This document shows positions 24,001 to 37,100 of a stretch of 64,000 nucleotides of DNA, piece by piece. A model generated the notes under the pieces. That model was given only the letters and a program-made list of their open reading frames with translations, had not been told where the DNA came from and made no database searches. This DNA comes from Eledone cirrhosa (Eukaryota), in the NCBI GenBank assembly GCA_964016885.1, contig OZ024741.1:243660001-243724000 (forward strand), read 5' to 3'. The position numbers were made by a program, and so were the translations under genes. Each line of letters starts with the position of its first letter. The first letter of the stretch is position 1.

Positions 24001-26103
24001 GATACGACCAGGGGCGGCCTGCCCACGATCGAAAAGGTAACTCCGCCGGCAAATCCGCATTTTTGTGATTCGTTTCTTCGAAGCACACCATTCGCCGCCG
24101 GACTTCAGCTTCCTCATTTAGCATGGGCAGCTTTTCTTAAAAATCACACCACACTCAGCAAATGTGTGTCTGCACATGTACCAGTAATTACAGATCGATC
24201 CGCCCACGGGCGGCCGGCCCACGATCGAAAATATAACTCCGCCGGCAAATTCGCATTTTTGTGATTCGTTTCTTCGAAGCACACCATTCGCTGGTGGACT
24301 TCAGCTTCCTCATTTAGCATGGGCAGCTTTTCTTGAAAATCACACCACACACAGCAAATGTGTGTCTACACAGGTACCAGTAATTACAGATCGATCCGAC
24401 CACGGACGGCTGGCCCAGGATCGAAAAGGTAACTCCGCCGGCAAATTCGCATTTTTGTGATTCGTTTCTTCGAAGCACACCATTCGCCGCCGGACTTCAG
24501 CTTCCTCATTTAGCATGGGCAGCTTTTCTTGAAAATCACACCACTCACAGCAAATGTGTGTCTGCACATGTACCAGTAATTACAGATCGATCCGCCCACG
24601 GGCGGCCGGCCCACGATCGAAAATATAACTCCGCCGGCAAATTCGCATTTTTGTGATTCGTTTCTTCGAAGCACACCATTCGCTGGTGGACTTCAGCTTC
24701 CTCATTTAGCATGGGCAGCTTTTCTTGAAAATCACACCACACACAGCAAATGTGTGTCTACACAGGTACCAGTAATTACAGATCGATCCGACCACGGACG
24801 GCTGGCCCAGGATCGAAAAGGTAACTCCGGCGGCAAATTCGCATTTTTGTGATTCGTTTCTTCGAAGCACACCATTCGCCGCCGGACTTCAGCTTCCTCA
24901 TTTAGCATGGGCAGCTTTTCTTGAGAATCACACCACTCACAGCCAATGAGTCTCTGCACATGTACCACTAATTACAGATCGATCCGCCCACGGGCGGCCG
25001 GCCCACGATCGAAAATGTAACTCCGCCGGCAAATTCGCATTTTTGTGATTCGTTTCTTCGAAGCACACCATTCGCTGGTGGACTTCAGCTTCCTCATTTA
25101 GCATGGGCAGCTTTTCTTGAAAATCACACCACTCACAGACAATGAGTCTCTGCACATGTACCACTAATTACAGATCGATACGACCACGGGCGGCCTGCCC
25201 ACGATCGAAAAGGTAACTCCGCCGGCAAATCCGCATTTTTGTGATTCGTTTCTTCGAAGCACACCATTCGCCGCCGGACTTCAGCTTCCTCATTTAGCAT
25301 GGGCAGCTTTTCTTAAAAATCACACCACACTCAGCAAATGTGTGTCTGCACATGTACCAGTAATTACAGATCGATCCGACCACGGGCGGCCTGCCCACGA
25401 TCGAAAAGGTAACTCCGCCGGCAAATTCGCATTTTTGCGATTCGTTTCTTCGAAGCACACCATTCGCTGGTGGACTTCAGCTTCCTCATTTAGCATGGGC
25501 AGCTTTTCTTGAAAATCACACCACACACAGCAAATGTGTGTCTACACAGGTACCAGTAATTACAGATCGATCCGACCACGGACGGCTGGCCCAGGATCGA
25601 AAAGGTAACTCCGGCGGCAAATTCGCATTTTTGTGATTCGTTTCTTCGAAGCACACCATTCGCCGCCGGACTTCAGCTTCCTCATTTAGCATGGGCAGCT
25701 TTTCTTGAGAATCACACCACTCACAGCCAATGAGTCTCTGCACATGTACCACTAATTACAGATCGATCCGCCCACGGGCGGCCGGCCCAGGATCGAAAAG
25801 GTAACTCCGGCGGCAAATTCGCATTTTTGTGATTCGTTTCTTCGAAGCACACCATTCGCCGCCGGACTTCAGCTTCCTCATTTAGCATGGGCAGCTTTTC
25901 TTAAAAATCACACCACACTCAGCAAATGTGTGTCTGCACATGTACCAGTAATTACAGATCGATCCGACCACGGGCGGCCTGCCCACGATCGAAAAGGTAA
26001 CTCCGCCGGCAAATTCGCATTTTTGCGATTCGTTTCTTCGAAGCACACCATTCGCTGGTGGACTTCAGCTTCCTCATTTAACATGGGCAGCTTTTCTTGA
26101 AAA
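21008..26103. repeat. HOR-A copy plus 3 extra monomers (26-mer spacing)
   Basis: Full m0-m22 to 25515, then m19, an m20/m19 hybrid and m22; m0 restarts at 26104. Confidence 0.88.
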
Positions 26104-29100
26104 TCACACCACACTCAGCAAATGTGTGTCTGCACATGTACCAGTAATTACAGATCAATCCGCCCACGGGCGGCCGGCCCACGATCGAAAATGTAACTCC
26201 GCCGGCAAATTCGCATTTTTGTGATTCATTTCTTCGAAGCACACCATTCGCTGGTGGACTTCAGCTTCCTCATTTAGCATGGACAGCTTTTCTTGAAAAT
26301 CACACCACACACAGCCAATGAGTGTCTGCACATGTACCAGTAATTACAGATCGATCCGACCACGGGCGGCCTGCCTACGATCGAAAAGGTAACTCCGCCG
26401 GCAAATTCGCATTTTTGTGATTCGTTTCTTCGAAGCACACCATTCGCCGCCGGACTTCAGCTTCCTCATTTAGCATGGGCAGCTTTTCTTGAAAATCACA
26501 CCACTCACAGCAAATGTGTGTCTGCACATGTACCAGTAATTACAGATCGATCCGACAACGGGCGGCCGGCCCACGATCGAAAAGGTAACTCCGCCGGCAA
26601 ATTCGCATTTTTGTGATTCGTTTCTTCGAAGCACACCATTCGCCGCCGGACTTCAGCTTCCTCATTTAGCATGGGCAGCTTTTCTTGAAAATCACACCAC
26701 ACACAGCAAATGTGTGTCTGCACAGGTACCAGTAATTACAGATCGATCCGGCCACGAACGGCTGGCCCACGATCGAAAAGGTAACTCCGCCGGCAAATCC
26801 TAATTTTTGTGATTCGTTTCTTCGAAGCACACCATTCGCCGCCGGACTTCAGCTGCCTCATTTAGCATGGGCAGCTTTTCTTGAAAATCACACCACTCAC
26901 AGCCAATGAGTCTCTGCACAGGTACCACTAATTACAGATCGATACGACCAGGGGCGGCCTGCCCACGATCGAAAAGGTAACTCCGCCGGCAAATCCGCAT
27001 TTTTGTGATTCGTTTCTTCGAAGCACACCATTCGCCACCGGACTTCAGCTTCCTCATTTAGCAGGGGCAGCTTTTCTTAAAAATCACACCACACTCAGCA
27101 AATGTGTGTCTGCACATGTACCAGTAATTACAGATCGATCCGACCACGGGCGGCCTGCCCACGATCGAAAAGGTAACTCCGCTGGCAAATTCGCATTTTT
27201 GTGATTCGTTTCTTCGAAGCACACCATTCGCTGGTGGACTTCAGCTTCCTCATTTAACATGGGCAGCTTTTCTTGAAAATCACACCACACTCAGCAAATG
27301 TGTGTCTGCACATGTACCAGTAATTACAGATCGATCCGCCCACGGGCGGCCGGCCCACGATCGAAAATGTAACTCCGCCGGCAAATTCGCATTTTTGTGA
27401 TTCGTTTCTTCGAAGCACACCATTCGCTGGTGGACTTCAGCTTCCTCATTTAGCATGGGCAGCTTTTCTTGAAAATCACACCACTCACAGACTATGAGTC
27501 TCTGCACATGTACCACTAATTACACATCGATACGACCACGGGCGGCCTGCCCACGATCGAAAAGGTAACTCCGCCGGCAAATCCGCATTTTTGTGATTCG
27601 TTTCTTCGAAGCACACCATTCGCCGCCGGACTTCAGCTTCCTCATTTAGCATGGGCAGCTTTTCTTAAAAATCACACCACACTCAGCAAATATGTGTCTG
27701 CACATGTACCAGTAATTACAGATCGATCCGACCACGGGCGGCCTGCCCACGATCGAAAAGGTAACTCCGCCGGCAAATCCGCATTTTTGTGATTCGTTTC
27801 TTCGAAGCACACCATTCGCTGGTGGACTTCAGCTTCCTCATTTAACATGGGCAGCTTTTCTTGAAAATCACACCACACTCAGCAAATGTGTGTCTGCACA
27901 TGTACCAGTAATTACAGATCGATCCGCCCACGGGCGGCCGGCCCACGATCGAAAATGTAACTCCGCCGGCAAATTCGCATTTTTGTGATTCATTTCTTCG
28001 AAGCACACCATTCGCTGGTGGACTTCAGCTTCCTCATTTAGCATGGGCAGCTTTTCTTGAAAATCACACCACACACAGCGAATGTGTGTCTACACAGGTA
28101 CCAGTAATTACAGATCGATCCGACCACGGACGGCTGGCCCAGGATCGAAAAGGTAACTCCGGCGGCAAATTCGCATTTTTGTGATTCGTTTCTTCGAAGC
28201 ACACCATTCGCTGGTGGACTTCAGCTTCCTCATTTAGCATGGGCAGCTTTTCTTGAAAATCACACCACACACAGCCAATGAGTGTCTGCACATGTACCAG
28301 TAATTACAGATCGATCCGACCACGGGCGGCCGGCCCACGATCGAAAAGGTAACTCCGCCGGCAAATTCGCATTTTTGTGATTCGTTTCTTCGAAGCACAC
28401 CATTCGCCGCCGGACTTCAGCTTCCTCATTTAGCATGGGCAGCTTTTCTTGAAAATCACACCACACACAGCAAATGTGTGTCTGCACATGTACCAGTACG
28501 TACAGATCGATCCGACCACGGGCGGCCGGCCCACATTCGAAAAGGTTACTCCGCCTGCAAATCGTCATTTTCGGATTCGTTTTCTTCGAAGCACACCATT
28601 CGCCGGCGGACTTCAGCTGCCTCATTTAGCATGGGCAGCTTTTCTTGAAAATCACACCACACACAGCAAATGTGTCTCTGCACATGTACCACTAATTACA
28701 GATCGATACGACCACGGGCGGCCTGCCCACCATCGAAAAGGTAACTCCGCCGGCAAATCCGCATTTTTGTGATTCGTTTCTTCGAAGCACACCATTCGCC
28801 GCCGGACTTCAGCTTCCTCATTTAGCATGGGCAGCTTTTCTTGAAAATCACACCACACACAGCAAATGTGTGTCTGCACAGGTACCAGTAATTACAGATC
28901 GATCCGACCACGAACGGCTGGCCCACGATCGAAAAGGTAACTCCGCCGGCAAATCCTTATTTTTGTGATTCGTTTCTTCGAAGCACACCATTCGCCGCCG
29001 GACTTCAGCTGCCTCATTTAGCATGGGCAGCTTTTCTTGAAAATCACACCACTCACAGCCAATGAGTCTCTGCACAGGTACCACTAATTACAGATCGATA

Positions 29101-30611
29101 CGACCAGGGGCGGCCTGCCCACGATCGAAAAGGTAACTCCGCCGGCAAATCCGCATTTTTGTGATTCGTTTCTTCGAAGCACACCATTCGCCGCCGGACT
29201 TCAGCTTCCTCATTTAGCATGGGCAGCTTTTCTTAAAAATCACACCACACTCAGCAAATGTGTGTCTGCACATGTACCAGTAATTACAGATCGATCCGCC
29301 CACGGGCGGCCGGCCCACGATCGAAAATATAACTCCGCCGGCAAATTCGCATTTTTGTGATTCGTTTCTTCGAAGCACACCATTCGCTGGTGGACTTCAG
29401 CTTCCTCATTTAGCATGGGCAGCTTTTCTTGAAAATCACACCACACACAGCAAATGTGTGTCTACACAGGTACCAGTAATTACAGATCGATCCGACCACG
29501 GACGGCTGGCCCAGGATCGAAAAGGTAACTCCGCCGGCAAATTCGCATTTTTGTGATTCGTTTCTTCGAAGCACACCATTCGCCGCCGGACTTCAGCTTC
29601 CTCATTTAGCATGGGCAGCTTTTCTTGAAAATCACACCACTCACAGCAAATGTGTGTCTGCACATGTACCAGTAATTACAGATCGATCCGCCCACGGGCG
29701 GCCGGCCCACGATCGAAAATATAACTCCGCCGGCAAATTCGCATTTTTGTGATTCGTTTCTTCGAAGCACACCATTCGCTGGTGGACTTCAGCTTCCTCA
29801 TTTAGCATGGGCAGCTTTTCTTGAAAATCACACCACACACAGCAAATGTGTGTCTACACAGGTACCAGTAATTACAGATCGATCCGACCACGGACGGCTG
29901 GCCCAGGATCGAAAAGGTAACTCCGGCGGCAAATTCGCATTTTTGTGATTCGTTTCTTCGAAGCACACCATTCGCCGCCGGACTTCAGCTTCCTCATTTA
30001 GCATGGGCAGCTTTTCTTGAGAATCACACCACTCACAGCCAATGAGTCTCTGCACATGTACCACTAATTACAGATCGATCCGCCCACGGGCGGCCGGCCC
30101 ACGATCGAAAATGTAACTCCGCCGGCAAATTCGCATTTTTGTGATTCGTTTCTTCGAAGCACACCATTCGCTGGTGGACTTCAGCTTCCTCATTTAGCAT
30201 GGGCAGCTTTTCTTGAAAATCACACCACTCACAGACAATGAGTCTCTGCACATGTACCACTAATTACAGATCGATACGACCACGGGCGGCCTGCCCACGA
30301 TCGAAAAGGTAACTCCGCCGGCAAATCCGCATTTTTGTGATTCGTTTCTTCGAAGCACACCATTCGCCGCCGGACTTCAGCTTCCTCATTTAGCATGGGC
30401 AGCTTTTCTTAAAAATCACACCACACTCAGCAAATGTGTGTCTGCACATGTACCAGTAATTACAGATCGATCCGACCACGGGCGGCCTGCCCACGATCGA
30501 AAAGGTAACTCCGCCGGCAAATTCGCATTTTTGCGATTCGTTTCTTCGAAGCACACCATTCGCTGGTGGACTTCAGCTTCCTCATTTAACATGGGCAGCT
30601 TTTCTTGAAAA
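26104..30611. repeat. HOR-A full 23-mer copy
   Basis: m0 at 26104 and 30612; the divergent monomer lies at 28456 and 32964 (4508 apart). Confidence 0.93.
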
Positions 30612-33600
30612 TCACACCACACTCAGCAAATGTGTGTCTGCACATGTACCAGTAATTACAGATCAATCCGCCCACGGGCGGCCGGCCCACGATCGAAAAT
30701 GTAACTCCGCCGGCAAATTCGCATTTTTGTGATTCATTTCTTCGAAGCACACCATTCGCTGGTGGACTTCAGCTTCCTCATTTAGCATGGACAGCTTTTC
30801 TTGAAAATCACACCACACACAGCCAATGAGTGTCTGCACATGTACCAGTAATTACAGATCGATCCGACCACGGGCGGCCTGCCTACGATCGAAAAGGTAA
30901 CTCCGCCGGCAAATTCGCATTTTTGTGATTCGTTTCTTCGAAGCACACCATTCGCCGCCGGACTTCAGCTTCCTCATTTAGCATGGGCAGCTTTTCTTGA
31001 AAATCACACCACTCACAGCAAATGTGTGTCTGCACATGTACCAGTAATTACAGATCGATCCGACAACGGGCGGCCGGCCCACGATCGAAAAGGTAACTCC
31101 GCCGGCAAATTCGCATTTTTGTGATTCGTTTCTTCGAAGCACACCATTCGCCGCCGGACTTCAGCTTCCTCATTTAGCATGGGCAGCTTTTCTTGAAAAT
31201 CACACCACACACAGCAAATGTGTGTCTGCACAGGTACCAGTAATTACAGATCGATCCGGCCACGAACGGCTGGCCCACGATCGAAAAGGTAACTCCGCCG
31301 GCAAATCCTAATTTTTGTGATTCGTTTCTTCGAAGCACACCATTCGCCGCCGGACTTCAGCTGCCTCATTTAGCATGGGCAGCTTTTCTTGAAAATCACA
31401 CCACTCACAGCCAATGAGTCTCTGCACAGGTACCACTAATTACAGATCGATACGACCAGGGGCGGCCTGCCCACGATCGAAAAGGTAACTCCGCCGGCAA
31501 ATCCGCATTTTTGTGATTCGTTTCTTCGAAGCACACCATTCGCCACCGGACTTCAGCTTCCTCATTTAGCAGGGGCAGCTTTTCTTAAAAATCACACCAC
31601 ACTCAGCAAATGTGTGTCTGCACATGTACCAGTAATTACAGATCGATCCGACCACGGGCGGCCTGCCCACGATCGAAAAGGTAACTCCGCTGGCAAATTC
31701 GCATTTTTGTGATTCGTTTCTTCGAAGCACACCATTCGCTGGTGGACTTCAGCTTCCTCATTTAACATGGGCAGCTTTTCTTGAAAATCACACCACACTC
31801 AGCAAATGTGTGTCTGCACATGTACCAGTAATTACAGATCGATCCGCCCACGGGCGGCCGGCCCACGATCGAAAATGTAACTCCGCCGGCAAATTCGCAT
31901 TTTTGTGATTCGTTTCTTCGAAGCACACCATTCGCTGGTGGACTTCAGCTTCCTCATTTAGCATGGGCAGCTTTTCTTGAAAATCACACCACTCACAGAC
32001 TATGAGTCTCTGCACATGTACCACTAATTACACATCGATACGACCACGGGCGGCCTGCCCACGATCGAAAAGGTAACTCCGCCGGCAAATCCGCATTTTT
32101 GTGATTCGTTTCTTCGAAGCACACCATTCGCCGCCGGACTTCAGCTTCCTCATTTAGCATGGGCAGCTTTTCTTAAAAATCACACCACACTCAGCAAATA
32201 TGTGTCTGCACATGTACCAGTAATTACAGATCGATCCGACCACGGGCGGCCTGCCCACGATCGAAAAGGTAACTCCGCCGGCAAATCCGCATTTTTGTGA
32301 TTCGTTTCTTCGAAGCACACCATTCGCTGGTGGACTTCAGCTTCCTCATTTAACATGGGCAGCTTTTCTTGAAAATCACACCACACTCAGCAAATGTGTG
32401 TCTGCACATGTACCAGTAATTACAGATCGATCCGCCCACGGGCGGCCGGCCCACGATCGAAAATGTAACTCCGCCGGCAAATTCGCATTTTTGTGATTCA
32501 TTTCTTCGAAGCACACCATTCGCTGGTGGACTTCAGCTTCCTCATTTAGCATGGGCAGCTTTTCTTGAAAATCACACCACACACAGCGAATGTGTGTCTA
32601 CACAGGTACCAGTAATTACAGATCGATCCGACCACGGACGGCTGGCCCAGGATCGAAAAGGTAACTCCGGCGGCAAATTCGCATTTTTGTGATTCGTTTC
32701 TTCGAAGCACACCATTCGCTGGTGGACTTCAGCTTCCTCATTTAGCATGGGCAGCTTTTCTTGAAAATCACACCACACACAGCCAATGAGTGTCTGCACA
32801 TGTACCAGTAATTACAGATCGATCCGACCACGGGCGGCCGGCCCACGATCGAAAAGGTAACTCCGCCGGCAAATTCGCATTTTTGTGATTCGTTTCTTCG
32901 AAGCACACCATTCGCCGCCGGACTTCAGCTTCCTCATTTAGCATGGGCAGCTTTTCTTGAAAATCACACCACACACAGCAAATGTGTGTCTGCACATGTA
33001 CCAGTACGTACAGATCGATCCGACCACGGGCGGCCGGCCCACATTCGAAAAGGTTACTCCGCCTGCAAATCGTCATTTTCGGATTCGTTTTCTTCGAAGC
33101 ACACCATTCGCCGGCGGACTTCAGCTGCCTCATTTAGCATGGGCAGCTTTTCTTGAAAATCACACCACACACAGCAAATGTGTCTCTGCACATGTACCAC
33201 TAATTACAGATCGATACGACCACGGGCGGCCTGCCCACCATCGAAAAGGTAACTCCGCCGGCAAATCCGCATTTTTGTGATTCGTTTCTTCGAAGCACAC
33301 CATTCGCCGCCGGACTTCAGCTTCCTCATTTAGCATGGGCAGCTTTTCTTGAAAATCACACCACACACAGCAAATGTGTGTCTGCACAGGTACCAGTAAT
33401 TACAGATCGATCCGACCACGAACGGCTGGCCCACGATCGAAAAGGTAACTCCGCCGGCAAATCCTTATTTTTGTGATTCGTTTCTTCGAAGCACACCATT
33501 CGCCGCCGGACTTCAGCTGCCTCATTTAGCATGGGCAGCTTTTCTTGAAAATCACACCACTCACAGCCAATGAGTCTCTGCACAGGTACCACTAATTACA

Positions 33601-34139
33601 GATCGATACGACCAGGGGCGGCCTGCCCACGATCGAAAAGGTAACTCCGCCGGCAAATCCGCATTTTTGTGATTCGTTTCTTCGAAGCACACCATTCGCC
33701 GCCGGACTTCAGCTTCCTCATTTAGCATGGGCAGCTTTTCTTAAAAATCACACCACACTCAGCAAATGTGTGTCTGCACATGTACCAGTAATTACAGATC
33801 GATCCGCCCACGGGCGGCCGGCCCACGATCGAAAATATAACTCCGCCGGCAAATTCGCATTTTTGTGATTCGTTTCTTCGAAGCACACCATTCGCTGGTG
33901 GACTTCAGCTTCCTCATTTAGCATGGGCAGCTTTTCTTGAAAATCACACCACACACAGCAAATGTGTGTCTACACAGGTACCAGTAATTACAGATCGATC
34001 CGACCACGGACGGCTGGCCCAGGATCGAAAAGGTAACTCCGCCGGCAAATTCGCATTTTTGTGATTCGTTTCTTCGAAGCACACCATTCGCCGCCGGACT
34101 TCAGCTTCCTCATTTAGCATGGGCAGCTTTTCTTGAAAA
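30612..34139. repeat. Last, partial HOR-A copy (m0-m17)
   Basis: HOR-A diagnostic variants (GATCAATCC, ATGGACAG, TACACATC, CGAATG, CCTTA) were not seen beyond this copy. Confidence 0.88.
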
Positions 34140-37100
34140 TCACACCACTCACAGCAAATGTGTGTCTGCACATGTACCAGTAATTACAGATCGATCCGAC
34201 AACGGGCGGCCGGCCCACGATCGAAAAGGTAACTCCGCCGCCAAAGTCGCATTTTTGTGATTCGTTTCTTCGAAGCACACCATTCGCTGGTGGACTTCAG
34301 CTTCCTCATTTAGCATGGGCAGCTTTTCTTGAAAATCACACCACACACAGCAAATGTGTGTCTGCACATTTACCAGTAATTACAGATCGATCCGACCACG
34401 GGCGGCCGGCCCACGATCGAAAAGGTAACTCCGCCGGCAAATTCGCATTTTTGTGATTCGTTTCTTCGAAGCACACCATTCGCCGCCGGACTTCAGCTTC
34501 CTCATTTAGCATGGGCAGCTTTTCTTGAAAATCACACCACACACAGCAAATGTGTGTCTGCACAGGTACCAGTAATTACAGATCGATCCGACCACGAACG
34601 GCTGGCCCACGATCGAAAAGGTAACTCCGCCGGCAAATCCTAATTTTTGTGATTCGTTTCTTCGAAGCACACCATTCGCCGCCGGACTTCAGCTGCCTCA
34701 TTTAGCATGGGCAGCTTTTCTTGAAAATCACACCACGCACAGCCAATGAGTCTCTGCACAGGTACCACTAATTACAGATCGATACGACCAGGGGCGGCCT
34801 GCCCACGATCGAAAAGGTAACTCCGCCGGCAAATTCGCATTTTTGTGATTCGTTTCTTCGAAGCACACCATTCGCTGGTGGACTTCAGCTTCCTCATTTA
34901 ACATGGGCAGCTTTTCTTGAAAATCACACCACACTCAGCAAATGTGTGTCTGCACATGTACCAGTAATTACAGATCGATCCGCCCACGGGCGGCCGGCCC
35001 ACGATCGAAAATGTAACTCCGCCGGCAAATTCGCATTTTTGTGATTCGTTTCTTCGAAGCACACCATTCGCTGGTGGACTTCAGCTTCCTCATTTAGCAT
35101 GGGCAGCTTTTCTTGAAAATCACACCACTCACAGACTATGAGTCTCTGCACATGTACCACTAATTACAGATCGATAGGACCACGGGCGGCCTGCCCACGA
35201 TCGAAAAGGTAACTCCGCCGGCAAATCCGCATTTTTGTGATTCGTTTCTTCGAAGCACACCATTCGCCGCCGGACTTCAGCTTCCTCATTTAGCATGGGC
35301 AGCTTTTCTTAAAAATCACACCACACTCAGCAAATGTGTGTCTGCACATGTACCAGTAATTACAGATCGATCCGACCACGGGCGGCCTGCCCACGATCGA
35401 AAAGGTAACTCCGCCGGCAAATTCGCATTTTTGCGATTCGTTTCTTCGAAGCACACCATTCGCTGGTGGACTTCAGCTTCCTCATTTAACATGGGCAGCT
35501 TTTCTTGAAAATCACACCACACTCAGCAAATGTGTGTCTGCACATGTACCAGTAATTACAGATCGATCCGCCCACGGGCGGCCGGCCCACGATCGAAAAT
35601 GTAACTCCGCCGGCAAATTCGCATTTTTGTGATTCATTTCTTCGAAGCACACCATTCGCTGGTGGACTTCAGCTTCCTCATTTAGCATGGGCAGCTTTTC
35701 TTGAAAATCACACCACACACAGCAAATGTGTGTCTACACAGGTACCAGTAATTACAGATCGATCCGACCACGGACGGCTGGCCCAGGATCGAAAAGGTAA
35801 CTCCGCCGGCAAATTCGCATTTTTGTGATTCGTTTCTTCGAAGCACACCATTCGCCGCCGGACTTCAGCTTCCTCATTTAGCATGGGCAGCTTTTCTTGA
35901 TAATCACACCACTCACAGCAAATGTGTGTCTGCACATGTACCAGTAATTACAGATCGATCCGACAACGGGCGGCCGGCCCACGATCGAAAAGGTAACTCC
36001 GCCGCCAAAGTCGCATTTTTGTGATTCGTTTCTTCGAAGCACACCATTCGCCGCCGGACTTCAGCTTCCTCATTTAGCATGGGCAGCTTTTCTTGAAAAT
36101 CACACCACACACAGCAAATGTGTGTCTACACAGGTACCAGTAATTACAGATCGATCCGACCACGGACGGCTGGCCCAGGATCGAAAAGGTAACTCCGCCG
36201 GCAAATTCGCATTTTTGTGATTCGTTTCTTCGAAGCACACCATTCGCCGCCGGACTTCAGCTTCCTCATTTAGCATGGGCAGCTTTTCTTGAAAATCACA
36301 CCACTCACAGCAAATGTGTGTCTGCACATGTACCAGTAATTACAGATCGATCCGACAACGGGCGGCCGGCCCACGATCGAAAAGGTAACTCCGCCGCCAA
36401 AGTCGCATTTTTGTGATTCGTTTCTTCGAAGCACACCATTCGCTGGTGGACTTCAGCTTCCTCATTTAGCATGGGCAGCTTTTCTTGAAAATCACACCAC
36501 ACACAGCAAATGTGTGTCTGCACATGTACCAGTAATTACAGATCGATCCGACAACGGGCGGCCGGCCCACGATCGAAAAGGTAACTCCGCCGCCAAAGTC
36601 GCATTTTTGTGATTCGTTTCTTCGAAGCACACCATTCGCTGGTGGACTTCAGCTTCCTCATTTAGCATGGGCAGCTTTTCTTGAAAATCACACCACACAC
36701 AGCAAATGTGTGTCTACACAGGTACCAGTAATTACAGATCGATCCGACCACGGACGGCTGGCCCAGGATCGAAAAGGTAACTCCGCCGGCAAATTCGCAT
36801 TTTTGTGATTCGTTTCTTCGAAGCACACCATTCGCCGCCGGACTTCAGCTTCCTCATTTAGCATGGGCAGCTTTTCTTGAAAATCACACCACTCACAGCA
36901 AATGTGTGTCTGCACATGTACCAGTAATTACAGATCGATCCGACAACGGGCGGCCGGCCCACGATCGAAAAGGTAACTCCGCCGCCAAAGTCGCATTTTT
37001 GTGATTCGTTTCTTCGAAGCACACCATTCGCTGGTGGACTTCAGCTTCCTCATTTAGCATGGGCAGCTTTTCTTGAAAATCACACCACACACAGCAAATG

